64,000 nucleotides of DNA from Harriotta raleighana. Taxonomy: Eukaryota. The stretch spans positions 8,364,817 through 8,428,816 of the forward strand of contig JBNZDD010013723.1 of NCBI GenBank assembly GCA_050575255.1, read 5' to 3'. The position numbers were made by a program, and so were the translations under genes. Position 1 is the stretch's first letter; each line of letters opens with the position of its first letter. The notes beneath the pieces were generated by a model that was not told the DNA's origin, did no database searches, and saw only the letters and a program-made list of their open reading frames with translations. This document shows, piece after piece, positions 13,462 through 25,365 of this stretch.

Positions 13462-14030
13462 TAAGCTTGACCTCCATACGCCAGGGCTTGGATGTGGGGG
13501 AGGAAAGACAGTTGAGGATCGAACAAGCCACCTGGGACCCTGACTGACTTGGTGAGGTTGAGTATGTAACCACGGAGGTTGATGCTGCTAGTGCTTGATG
13601 TGTCAAGGTGCTGGCACGAGCCAATCAAGGACTCAATCTTGTTGACATTCAACAGTAGAAAGTTAGCTCTCATCCAGGACTTGATGTCTGACAGGCAGTC
13701 TGTCAGAACAGCAGTGTTCCCGAAATCGAGGGAGAAAGATAGTTGGGTGTAATCCGGATATATCATCCCCATGGCTGCGGATGATGTCACCATGGGGGAG
13801 CACGTAGATATTGAAAAGTAGGCGGCCAAGGACAGATCCCTGGGGGACACCAAAGTTGACATTGCGGGGGCTGGAGAAGAAGCCATTGGTGATGACAAAG
13901 TGGAGAGGGTGAGAAAAGTAAGATTCAAACCAGGGGAATACAGGTGGATGAAGATTGAGCTGGGATGAGGGGCGGTGTAGAAGGATGGAGTGGTCGACAG
14001 TATGTTTTGAGCGTATTTGTGGGTGAACAC
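13462..14030 (-). mobile_element. L2 RT fragment
   Basis: TVDHSILL, WFESYFS, GVPQGSVLGRLLFNIY, SDIKSWMRANFLLLN. Confidence 0.9.
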
Positions 14031-14245
14031 AGCAAACAATTTGCCCACAGGAATGTCGCACAAGCAACCATGGAGTGAATGCCAATTTTATTTGGGAGAT
14101 TGTTGGCAAGGAAACCAGGAGAAACTCCCTTCTCTTTTTCAATGGCATCTTTAACATCCACCTGAACAGGCAGCCTCAACTTTGGTTAATATCTTATCTG
14201 AAGGATTGCACCTATCCCCAGCACTGCTTTGGAGTGTCATTTTAG
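14030..14245 (-). mobile_element. Old Deu-SINE fragment
   Basis: accaggagaaactcccttctc...atctttaacatccacctgaacaggcag. Confidence 0.7.
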
Positions 14246-14840
14246 ACCCTATAGGTTACAAAATACAGTACGACCACTTTCATTTATATATTGTAGTGCC
14301 CTTCGCATAGGGTAACGTGTCACAGCGCTTTACAAAGATGGAATTGGACCCCAAGCAAAACATGTTATCCTAACGGCACGAGCGTTTACAGGAAAACATA
14401 TTTATATATTCGAAGACTTGTCACACTTAATACAGAACAATTTGGAATCCCAAGCTTGGCTTCAAGGAACTAGCCCTTTAGAGCTGCATCGGATATGGTG
14501 GGCGTAACACTGACAGCTGGGACCATTAGACCCAAAACAATATTAAATGTATCATTAAAACACCTCTGAATATCAGGAATAATATCAAATGTTTTATTCT
14601 AATTCCTGATTTCCCACAAAAGTCACAATTTTAATGTCCACTGCGTTATCGATGCCTGGGATATCACTCTCCTAGTCTCTTCAACTAAATCGGAAGTACT
14701 TTTGTGACAGATGTTAAGCTATCTGTACTTTGTATGTTACTTAACTGCTACACTTCTCCCTTTCACACTGCAGCTGGAAGGAATTGATATTATTTCGCAA
14801 TAGAGAATTATCTGCATAACCATTGAGCAGCTTTGGGGGA

Positions 14841-14966
14841 GGGGAGTTATTCTTCACTTGTCAGTGAATTTACTAACCTTGGTGATGTGCTTATAATGGG
14901 ATTTTCTCTTTCTAAGTGTATGCTGCCATGGTCAGTAAATTTACTGAGAAGCACAGAATAGACCCC
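14841..14966. mobile_element. Short fold-back MITE-like element
   Basis: Left ggggagttattcttcacttgtcagtgaatttactaaccttgg aligns with the reverse complement of the right arm, ggggtctattctgtgcttctcagtaaatttactgaccatgg. Confidence 0.7.
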
Positions 14967-16589
14967 GAGGTCAGTCACATCCTGCGCTTTTGAACCATGG
15001 ATGGCATCAACAGATTTTTTCTTACCTATATTGGACTTGTTTATTTTGTTTTCTAGCCCAAAGTGTTCAGGTTTTAAATAAACAAAGCTTGGAAGTATGC
15101 AAATTAAGCAGTTGCTAACCGCTGTAAACCAGGAAACGGTGACATTATTTTCAAGATAGCATTTTATGTGGGACTTTAATGAATGTGTTCACAAGGAATG
15201 AGAATAAATAGTCTTTGTTTGTTGCTTTAAATAATGTGCCTGAGAAAGGTAGTACAGTAGGTCAGAGGGCAGTACATCAATGTGATTTGTTTTACTCCAC
15301 ATTATGGTGCAGTAAAAGGGATATTGTTTCATACTGTAGGATTGTGAGTTCTTTGGTCAATCGGGTGTCTCTGGTACCATGCTTAAAAATATCAAATCCA
15401 GACTGAGACAAACATGGAAATTGTCTGGAATGAAGTACATACTCATTCCCCAGTGGAATAACACTGCCCAACTAAATCCCAGAAAAGTATTAAGACACAG
15501 AGGGGCTTGTGGACCTCTGTACATTGAGGGTTTTGCATTATATGCATTGAATAAGCAATTGGAAAATGCATGTTTAAAATAAATCCAAATGACTATATTC
15601 ACCACTATTCTGCCTCAAATAGAAGTGCAGTATCAATATTTAGTAAACAGATCTAGCAGGCTGCAAATTGTACATTTTTTCAGGATTGCATTGAATGCTG
15701 GGAGGGTTCAGGTAGTCATCTTGAATTTTGGAAGCAGCAGCGAAAGGAGGGGGTAGGGTTTGCAAAATGCCTGCTTAGCACAAACCTCTGCAGTGACTTT
15801 CCAGGAAAACGCAGACGAGAATGAAAGTGTGACAACTTGCATTGTTACGTCTTCTGAATATTAATGCCAGTTTTGCAAATTCCCAGCTTCTTTGTGTCAT
15901 ATTTGTTCAAACCTTAGCATCAAGTTCAAGTCCCCAATCTTATGAATAATTCATGGCGTTTGCTTTCACCACTGGCTTGCACCCTTTCTCTTTCCAGCGA
16001 TTCGGGTCGTTATGCAAATGCACTGCGCGCAATTTCTTTGAAGTTCTTCTTATATTTTCGGTGTGGGATTTTTCCTGTTTTATCATGTTTCTCAATGAAG
16101 TGATGTGACACAAAAGGCTGACACCAGAAACAGTTAATAAAATTAAGTTATATTTAGGCAGAGCCGTTGCTGAGATTGAAACATTAAAAGAATAATGTGA
16201 AAGGCAGGATTGTGTTTGCTTTCACTATTTAAGCACGAGATCCTACAATTCCACCCTGTGAAGGGAGCTTTTTAATGCAAGTTGTCATTGTTGTTGACCA
16301 ACATTACTTTCAAAAAGCAGCCATTCAACAACACCTATAATTTGCAATTTGGGTAGTGTCTTGGAGCATTTAACAGTGGCAGAGATTGACGCCTAGCCAG
16401 GGAAGAACATACCACATCCAAGGCACATAACACAACACAAAAATAGAGAGTGTTTGACATAGTTCATCAACTTTCTATCAAATCTGTCTGCCTTTCCTGT
16501 ATTGAACATGTTGTCACATTTCTTTAAAACAATACTTAATTTCTCAAAAGATGAAAACAACTGTATTAAGTGCATCTTAATGTATTATG

Positions 16590-17035
16590 TGTCAGCCTGT
16601 TCAGTGATAGCACTCTCATTTCTAAGTCAGAAGGATGTCGATTCAAGCCCCATGACTGGACTTGGAATCATGTAGTCGAAGATGGTGTTCCAATAGGGTG
16701 CTGGGGATGCCTTGATTATCGGATGTGTCATCCTTCAGATGAGAAGTTAAGCCGAGAAGTTAAACTGTCTGCTTTTTCTGATGGACGTTGAAGATCCGTT
16801 GTTAGTATTCAAAAAGAGAAGGGAGTTTTCTCGGTGATCTGGCCAACAATCCCCAAAATAAAAATTGGTCACTCATTCCATGGCTTTCTGTGGGATGTAA
16901 CTGTGCAAAAACTGGCTGCTGCATTTGGCCCACAAAATACCCAGTAAAAATCATTTTACAGCGTATCCTGTGAGGTGCTTTGAGACATCTCGATGACGGA
17001 ATAAGGCATTATATCAAATGCAAGTACCATTATTG
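16590..17035 (+). mobile_element. Near full-length old Deu-SINE
   Basis: Head tagcactctc...gtcagaagg...ttcaagccc; Deu core ccttcagatgagaagttaagccgag...ggacgttgaagatcc; tail aaggcattatatcaaatgcaag. Confidence 0.85.
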
Positions 17036-17239
17036 TATTATTATGCTTCATATATTCATATTTAGTATTCAAGATGTTAATTTGTAACCTGTTCTACAGT
17101 TTCTGCTCCAAGCATCAGGTAATATTCTGACTTTACACCTAGGAAATATGAATTGTTTGTATGGCTCTCTCCTTAACATTCTTCCTCCCCCACATCCTGA
17201 CCAGCACCATTTTTTTCAATTTCTGCTACTTGCCTTGTC

Positions 17240-17842
17240 TTTCAATACCTCACCCCAAAAGCTGCTGAAACCCTGGTCCATGTCTTTGTCACCTCTTGGC
17301 TGGTTTATCCCAATGCCTTCCTCCCCAGTTTCCCCTCCTCCACCATTCACAAAATTCAGATCATCCAAAACTCTACCGCCTGCATTCTCAACCGCACCTA
17401 ACTTTGTAACCCGATTACCCTAGTCCTTGGCAAACTTCACTGGTTCCCTGTCACATAGTGGATTGACTTCAAGATCCTCAATCTTGTGTTTAAATCCTTC
17501 CCCTCCTCAGCACCCCTCTACTTCTCTAACCTCCTCTCTCCTCACAGCAGTACCCGCTGCCTCCACTCTCATAGGTCCGACCTCCTCCTTGTTTCCTGAA
17601 TCCTCCTCTCCACCATTGGCGGTCATGCTTTCAGCCACTACGCCCCAAAAGTTTGGAACTCCCTCCCTCAACCCCTTCACCTAACCCCCTTCTTTCCCAT
17701 CTTCAGGTTGTACCTGGAGACCTTTCTCTTCAACTGCACTTACGGTCACTGTCTCCCTCCCACTGGCTCACCCTTGGGCTCTGACACTGCTAAGTGCTCC
17801 GAGATGCTACCTGGCATGGAGGGTGCAAGTTGTTGTTGTTTT
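17240..17842 (+). mobile_element. L2 3' region with (GTT)n tail
   Basis: gctgctgaaaccctggtccatgtctttgtcacctc, cagatcatccaaaactct, cactggttccctgt; ends gcaagttgttgttg. Confidence 0.9.
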
Positions 17843-17887
17843 CCTGTGGGTCAATTTACACCATTCTTCCTTGAAAACTAACAGTAG

Positions 17888-18042
17888 TGTTGCCTACAGT
17901 ATTTGCTTCAACGATGTAAGTGGCAATTGATTATGGATGGTGCAAGTACAAAAGGATTGTGGGAAGAGTGACTTACAAATTTGAAAGAGAGTGTGAAAGT
18001 GGATGATTTGAAAGAAGTTGACTTGTTTATAAATTTTAAAGA
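17888..18042 (+). repeat. 5' LTR (3'-truncated)
   Basis: Aligns with 20043-20192 (tatttgctt...aagtggcaattga...gagtgactt...gatttgaaagaagttgacttgt), then runs directly into gag. Confidence 0.9.
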
Positions 18043-18044
18043 CC

Positions 18045-18772
18045 ACTGAAACGCTTTGGAAGTCGAAGGCACAATTGGCAACAGTTTGAAAGAGACTAGT
18101 TTGGACTAGCAGCAAACTTAATGAAACTGCCACAGGAACAACAGTTTGCCATATTTTTGAATGTAACAGGCGAGGAAGCAAGGGAGTATTTTGCAACCCT
18201 GGAAAGAGACGTGGACATGTCATTGAATGGGATGATAAATATTATGAGAAAAAGATGTTGGAAAAAAGACAATGTGATAATTGAGCAATTCAAGTTTGGA
18301 ACAAGAAAGCAGGGACCCACAGAATCACCCAATCGTTACTGTGCAATACTGAGAACCCTAAGTAAAAATTGGCGACTACGGAACATTAGGAGACAAAATG
18401 ATTCATGATCAGATAGCAGTTGGCATAAAGGATACAAAATTAAGAGGAGAGCTTTTGTAAAAAGTGGACCTGATGTGAGAATCGGCAATGCAGATAATAA
18501 GGATTGAAGAGGTGACAAAAATAAATATGACAGTGATGGAGAGAGAAATTGAAATAGATGAACTAGCCAACAGGCAAAATTGGGATAATACAGTTGAAGA
18601 GTATGGAGTGCAGAGAATATATGGGCCAAGAGGGAGGCCAAACAGAATGGACAAATGTGGCAAGTGTGGATTAGAGCATCATATGTGGAGATGTCCTGCA
18701 GAAGGAAAAGAATGCTATCAATGCAAAAGATATGGGCATAATGCAAGATTATGCAGGAATAGACAAGAATAA
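18045..18772 (+). pseudogene. gag: Gypsy gag, disrupted
   Basis: EQQFAIFLNVTGEEAREYF, RKQGPTES and the double knuckle CGKCGLEH...CPAEGKECYQCKRYGHNARLC; stops and frameshifts. Confidence 0.88.
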
Positions 18773-18959
18773 ACTGTATAAGGAGATATAGCACAAGAGA
18801 TATAAAGCATAAGAAAAAAGTGTAAGTCAAACAGAAAGAAGATTGCACAAGGGGTCAAGTAACCCGAGAAGAACCAGAATTGGGCAAATTAAATCAGAAG
18901 AATATGAAAAGGTTGATAGCTCAGATACAGAATCCAGTGAAAGTGTACAAGATGAGTAC

Positions 18960-19300
18960 CTCCTCGAAGCAGTGAAACTCATAAAGAGGATACATACAAA
19001 AGAAAAAGAGAAAAATAAGTGGATGGTATCTTTAGGGTGTAAAAAAGTAAAGAACGTAATTCAGTGGAAATTAGATACAGGAGCACATGACAGTGTAATG
19101 GCATGGGAAGAATATCTAAAATGGGAGAACCAAATAAGGAAAAAATGGAGAAAGGGTAAGGTAAACTAATGGTGCATAACAAAGAAAAAATTGAAACTGT
19201 GGGCAGAGTAAGGAATACAAGTGATATACTGTACCAAGGGAGACAATATAGAATAAAATTCAACATAGTAAAAATAAAAACTGATGCTTATTAGGATTGG
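18960..19300 (+). pseudogene. pol: Gypsy aspartic protease, disrupted
   Basis: WKLDTGAHDSVM catalytic motif; homologous to about 11500-11820 in copy A. Confidence 0.85.
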
Positions 19301-20042
19301 AAGTTGNAGGAAAAAATGGAGAAAGGGTAAGGTAAACTAATGGTGCATAACAAAGAAGAAATTGAAACTGTGGGCAGAGTAAGGGATACAAGTTATATAC
19401 TGTACCAAGGGAGACAATATAGAATAAAATTCTACATAGTAAAAATAAAAACTGATACTTATTAGGATTGGAAGTTATAATAAAAATGGGAATGTTAAAA
19501 AGAAATAGGAATGTAAAATTAGAGGAAAATAAACCGAGGGAGACAGAAGAAATAGGACAATATAAACAGGTGATTGGAAAGAAAGGATTAATGAAAGNAA
19601 ATTAGAGGAAAATAAACCAAGGGAGACAGAAGAAATAGGACAATATAAACAGGTGCTTGGAAAGAAGGGATTAATGAAATAAAAAATTGGGATCACAAGT
19701 ACAGACACAAAGAAATTGGAAGGAACAAGGGCAAGGTGCACAGAGAAATAAAGCTTTCAAAGAGGAGAAGGTTTACAGCTTTAGAGAAAAAAAACCTAAA
19801 AAAAACGCAGGACTGATCAAAGGAATAATCTGGGGGAAAGATAAGAACCCCAGATCTCATTGGGTAAAAGATAAAAAGGAAAAATATTTAGACAAACATC
19901 ATGGGACATCAAACAAAGAACAATAAAGAAACAACAGGAGAAAATGGAAAAGCAGAAACGATGAGAAGAACCAGACACGGAAGAGAAATAAAGAATGATA
20001 GAACAAGATTTTTTTTAAAAGGAAAAGCTACAAGAAGGAAGG

Positions 20043-20237
20043 TGTTGCATATTTGCTTTAAAGACATAAGTGGCAATTGAATATGGACGTGCATGTATAA
20101 AAGGATTCTGGGACGAGTGACTTGCAGATTGGAAAGATAGTGTGAAAGAGGTTGATTTGAAAGAAGTTGACTTGTAAAGTTTGCTTTAAAGAATTGAGTG
20201 AATCTACATTGCGTTTTGTGGATTAAATAACATTACA
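20043..20237 (+). repeat. 3' LTR (about 195 bp)
   Basis: TGTTG...TTACA, preceded by aagaaggaagg PPT; TATAAAA at 20096 and ATTAAA at 20222. Confidence 0.9.
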
Positions 20238-21382
20238 AGTAGCTTACTGTATGTTGAGCTTGCTTGTTAGCCCAATCATTCACAGTGAAGAGGATGCTGG
20301 ATATACCGATGAAGGAGAAGAGCATTGGAGGGATTAAGGAGTGGGTGGGACTCATATGGCCTGTAAATTTTATGTAAATCTATGCAATTTATAGTGTTGC
20401 AGGAAACTCCAGGAAGGCAACATGGGGACAAATGTCCCCAACACTCAAAAGCCAAAAGGGATGAACATGCAGAATAACAGTTTCTCTGTGCAGTATCAAT
20501 ACACAAAAAATATGGATATTCAAATCTTTCCTGAGACGACAGGAGTTTACAATATTTTTTATAACAAGAATAATCCTTCCATTTGAAATAATGCCTTATC
20601 ATGTCTTCAAGACATCACAGAATATACTGTAAAGTGAATTAACTGTATATTTTGTGGGTGAAATGTGGTAGCCAATTGCACACAGCAGTGCAAATTATTA
20701 TTTGGTCAAATTATTATTATCATCCTTAGAGGTGTAATACATGTTTATAAGTTCAGTTCCTTACATGATAAAGTATATTTGAGATGTATTTTGACTTAAA
20801 ATGTTATTCAACTATAAAATGTGACTTAAACATTCCCGAGGTGAAAAATGTGATCCATCAGAACAGATTTGATCATTATCACATTCAATGTGTTTTGAAA
20901 AGTCACATTTTCACTCCATAATATATTATCACAGCAAGTCAAAATTACTTTTTATAACATAAATACTGTACTTAAAACTACTTTCTGCTTAGTGACAGTG
21001 ATTCAACCAGTGTTACTTTTAAAGGTTCAGTTGGCAAAACCACTAATCTGAAGTACAGTAGTCATTGCAGATAATGAAAGTCCTAAATTTAATCTCTGGT
21101 CTGTTCTGAGTTAGCAGATCTTCACTGGGGAGTTGTGGGGACATTATATTTGGCATCAGTGTTAATTCTGCCACAATGGGACTATAATTTGTAATATAAT
21201 AGTGCTAAATTGGGTTCTTTACTCACAAAACTCTTTGTGAGTAAAGTCAGCTTGATATTTTCTTCTTTCTAAAAATAATTCTAAATAGCTGTGGCATAAA
21301 GCTTTAACCCAACAGTCCAGAGGAGGTTTACCTAAATCCTTGTAGCAGAATCTTCCCATTTGTTTCCCTAAAGAGTAAATAT

Positions 21383-21470
21383 AAAACAGAGCGCAAAATA
21401 CTGCAGATGCTGGAAGACTGAAATTGATGCTGCCTGACCTGCTGAGTGTTCCCCGCGTTTTCTGTTTTTA
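21383..21470. mobile_element. Collapsed Penelope-type terminal repeat
   Basis: gcaaaatactgcagatgctggaa joined to gatgctgcctgacctgctgagtgttccc...ttttctgttttta; same motifs as at 22761 and 57884. Confidence 0.65.
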
Positions 21471-21494
21471 TACAAAATAGAGCTCAACTTCAAC

Positions 21495-21716
21495 TACTTT
21501 ATGTCAAGGATAGTGAATACTGAATGTGGAGCAGATTACTGGGAAGACAGCGGAGGTGGGTAGTGGTGACAGCTTCAAGTGGGATTAGATAAGTTTGTGA
21601 TGGCAGGTGAGATGGGGGAAGGAGCTACGTGAGATATGAAGCAATAGTATTTAGTAAATCAGGGCAGACAGATGGTATGTGGTGCTTATTTCTGGTTTTA
21701 TATGCTCCTATGTTCT
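21495..21716 (+). mobile_element. CR1 LINE 3' end
   Basis: cagcttcaag...ttagataagttt...gggcagacagatgg...tcctatgttct resembles CR1 3' UTR and terminal repeat. Confidence 0.6.
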
Positions 21717-21999
21717 CACTTAAGCTGCAAGCATCTGTAAAACATAAGGATAAGTGCTCAGATTCAGATACCTGTTCGTTATTTTATTTGTGTTTTAAAA
21801 GACTGTTTAATGTATCTAGATAATTGCAGTTATCAGCTAATCATTCTTGCTGGAAGCTTGTAACAGTAATATTTGCTTTTGATGCAGCCCCTCATCATGC
21901 TGAAATGCCTGACTGTGCTTTAATATGAACATTTATTTTGTTTCATAAGAGCAATCAATATAAAATGGACCCTGGTTATTTTCAAGAGCGGTAACTGTT

Positions 22000-22187
22000 T
22001 CCTCCTTCAAGGCTGATCTCAAGACCTTCCTCTTCGACCACGTCTTTGGCTCCTCCCCAATTCTTCCCCCTCTCCCACTCTCTGGCCCCTTACCCCTAAC
22101 CCCAACCCTCCCCCTCTGCTCGGGTCCCGACCTGACTGTTCAGTGACGTGAAAGGCTCTATATAAGTGTAATTTTGTTTTTGTTGTT
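22000..22187 (+). mobile_element. L2 3' end
   Basis: ctcaagaccttcctcttcgacc...gtgaaaggctctatataagtgtaattttgtttttgttgtt. Confidence 0.85.
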
Positions 22188-22364
22188 ACCATATAGGCAA
22201 GTTTGGCAGCTAATCCGCACCAGCAAACTTCTATAAACCACAAGGGTGGATGACCAATCAATTGTTTTTTGTTGTGGCTAATTGTGAATGAAGGAGAAAT
22301 AGGAACCAACATATCTTGCTCTTCTTTGGAATAGTGCTACATGATTGATAATATGTGTGTCAAT

Positions 22365-22755
22365 TTGGCTCAGTACTATCGTCTTGTCTGAGTCAGAAGG
22401 TGTGAGTTCCAGCCATCACATCTGATTTGAAACCTATGTTGACACTCCAATGATAGTATTGGGGGTGTGCTGCATTGTCGGAAGAGCCATGCTTCGGGTG
22501 AGACATTAAATCAAAGTCCTGTCTTCTTACCCAGGTGGACATTAAAGATTCCGGAGGACTCTTTCAAAAGAGAAGTAAGTTCTACCCACTGTCCTAGTCA
22601 ACAATCCCCCAAATAAAATTGGTCATTTACTCACTGGCTTCAGTCAGACTGTACAAAATACATAGTTACATTACTTTGTGATGTATCCTGTGAAAGACTT
22701 TGAGACACCTCGATTATGTAATAAGGTGTTTTAACAAATGTGGGTATTATTATAA
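22365..22755 (+). mobile_element. Old Deu-SINE
   Basis: ggctcagt...tctgagtcagaagg...gctgcattgtcggaagagcc...caggtggacattaaagattcc. Confidence 0.8.
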
Positions 22756-22760
22756 TACTT

Positions 22761-23032
22761 AAATAAAAACAGAATTCATTGTGAACACACAATAGGTCAG
22801 TCAGCATCTATGGAGAGAGGAAAGTGAGTTAACGTTTCAGGTCGATGATCTTTGGTCAGTTCTGAAAGGTTTTCCTCTCTCCATAGAAGCTGCCTGACCT
22901 GCTGAATGTTCCCAGCAACTTCTGTTTTTATTCAAGTACAGTATTATAATAATACTTACATTCGTTGTAGCGCCTTATCACATCATCAAGATTTCAGATT
23001 TCTGGTACCTGCAATATTTTGCCTTTTGTTTA
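22761..23032. mobile_element. Palindromic Penelope-type terminus with decayed hammerhead motif
   Basis: Arms 22761-22823 and 22871-22932 are inverted; minus strand of the centre reads CTGACCA-AAGATCATCGACCT-GAAAC-GTT-AACT. The right arm resumes at about 22990 after a small SINE-tail insertion. Confidence 0.7.
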
Positions 23033-23669
23033 TTATAATACCGATCTGGAACAAGAATAAATATGGCAGGATAGCACCCCTGATTCCTTCATTGCTGCAC
23101 TGGTGTGGGACTCAAAGACTGCTAATGGGGTGAGTATGCTACCACATTGATGTTTGCTGCCATTTACGCCAACTTCAAGTTACAAGTCCACTCAATGCCT
23201 GTTGACAGGGCAGTTCAGGGAGACCCTCCTAGAAAGAGGGTGTAGTTTATATCAGTGAGAATTTATAACAATTTACAGTGATATAGCATCTTTCACTTTG
23301 AAATGTCTTACAGCAGTTTACAAAGACTGAGCAGGAGCCTGAGCTGGGAGAACACAGGGGCAGTTGAGATAACTCACCAAAGTTTCTAGTATCAGGTGGA
23401 AGTCAGATTTTAGCATGGAAATAGCTTCTTCTTTGTGCAACTGAATGAGGCATGGGTGTCACTTATGGGATTCTTCGCTGTAAAGCTCAATAACTGAACT
23501 TTATTTTATGTTTATTATCCCAATTGCAGATAATACAGTAAAATTGTTGCATGCAAAATGGCTGCTCCAAAGTACACAGTTATTTCACGTTAAAGTAAAT
23601 CTTGTGAATTGTTTAGAGACATGCTCCCAATGTAAAAGGTGCTACATCAAACGTAATGATTATTATTAT

Positions 23670-23832
23670 TAACATCATAGGGATGGTTTCATGCAGGATG
23701 GACTATTGGTGGGATAGCCCTACATATCCAAATACCACCCCAAATCCTTTGATACATTTATCTCAACATCTATTAGATTCACGTATGCATTTGTATGGCA
23801 TGATATGCGGGGTGCTACATTCCCTGTATACT
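23670..23832 (-). mobile_element. CR1 3' end
   Basis: aacatcatagg...catttatctcaacatctattagattc...cattccctgtat has the antisense CR1 pattern. Confidence 0.5.
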
Positions 23833-24231
23833 TTGTTTGGTGGGAGAGATAACTATTCATAATTTGGGTGTACTGAGTAGTTGCACTACTACTTTTCGTG
23901 TTTGTATTTGTAACCAATTTCTATTGCCTTTTGTTATCTAATAAACCACGCACTTCTGACACTCTTTACTTCAACATTAGTAACAGCATTCACTCCACCG
24001 TTCATTCACATCTACCTTTTACTCAAGGTGGGGGGGGGGAAGAAATCAACTGTAAAGTTTAATACAAATATGTTTTATTGGGTAACAAAATTATACTGGA
24101 TGTTGTTGCGGAAGGATGTGTGCACTCGTGACTTATTTTTGAGGAGTACATTGTTCTCCGAAAACAGATTGGAACTTCCACAAATTCACCACGCCCGCAG
24201 ACATTGTTTATATATGTGAACATTCATGTTT

Positions 24232-24478
24232 ATGGGTTTGATTCCCGGCCAGGGCACAACTTTGGGCAAGTTTTTTGTGGAACCCCTAATGATAATATGC
24301 AAATAAAAGGACATCAATCTACGACTGTTTGTGGGATACTGGTGTGCGCAACTGGCTGCCGCATTTCGCCCACAAATATACAGTCAATTCACTTTACAGT
24401 ACATTCTGTAAAGCACTTTGAGACTTCTAGAAAATGTGAAAAGTGCTATATCAAATGCAAGGATTATTATTATTATTA
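24232..24478 (+). mobile_element. tRNA/CORE/Deu SINE, head truncated
   Basis: gggtttgattcccggc...ttgggcaagtt...ctggctgccgcatttcgcccacaaat...(ATT)n. Confidence 0.9.
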
Positions 24479-25365
24479 ATCAAGGTTGCTTTTCATTTTA
24501 GTTCCTTTTTAAAACCCTTTATAATTTCCTGTTCGACCACTTTGATGAAACTGTATTGCACACACTCCTCAAGCTGATTACTGAAAATTATTCCGCTGCT
24601 CATCCCATTCTCCTAAAAGTCCATATTTTGAAGCTATGACCCCTAACTTCAAGTAGGTTAATTCGCTGACATCTTAAACTGAATAATGCATTTAGCAGAG
24701 ACCCTGGTAATACACAGTTCATGAGCATAAGACATATGAGCTATTTTTAGAAAAAATGCCCTCAGAAGCACCTTCAGATTATCATGGTCAACACTGAGGA
24801 GAATTAACTTGGAGTCCTTAGCGATATGATGTATGTCACATGGCAAAGGGGTCAAATTCTGGTGATCAAATAATAATGCAATAAAGGGATCTGGATGGGG
24901 TTTGCACATATTTTGGGGGGACAGTACAGTGTGATAGTCCTCTTTTCAAGCGTTAATCTTTGGCAGGCTCAACTCAGACTGTTGGACTGTAGCCAAACCC
25001 ATGCTGTTTTCAGATTCATGCTCTGATTCCTGGTTAAGCAGCACAATGAGGTGATAATCACTTGTAGGATGTGTCTGCTCCATATAAACACTGAATTCAG
25101 TAAAAATGAAATCATACACATGTCAATGGGAGGAGCTAGAGGCAGAATCAAAAGAATGTTAAGATAAAGTTCCTTAAGTCAGATGATCCTGGCAGATTGA
25201 TGTTCAGATACTTTATTCAGCGCCATTAGCAATATTGCTTGATATCATCAAAGAGTAGACAGTGGCTCAAAGTGACAGACCAGGTAGATCTTGACACTAA
25301 ATTGTCCTGCCTGCAGGTCAGGTAAGCTGTCGATTTACTGTAGGAAAATGTAAAGTTAAGATCAA

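Larger units (their letters stand above)
17888..20237 (+). mobile_element. Gypsy (Mag-like) LTR retrotransposon, copy B, non-autonomous
   Basis: TG...CA ends; 5-bp TSD AGTAG at 17883-17887 and 20238-20242; paired LTRs; purine tract before the 3' LTR; gag zinc knuckles, DTG protease and integrase C-terminus present; RT, RNase H and integrase core absent. Confidence 0.93.

Noticed and set aside
12957-13624. ORFs spanning 13229-13341
   Set aside because: They are open only because they read through the N gap.
18336-18848. 170-aa hydrophobic minus-strand ORF (also 18979-19266, 19475-19741, 11361-12112)
   Set aside because: Antisense shadow of the A-rich Gypsy strand, which yields F/L/S/I-rich frames.
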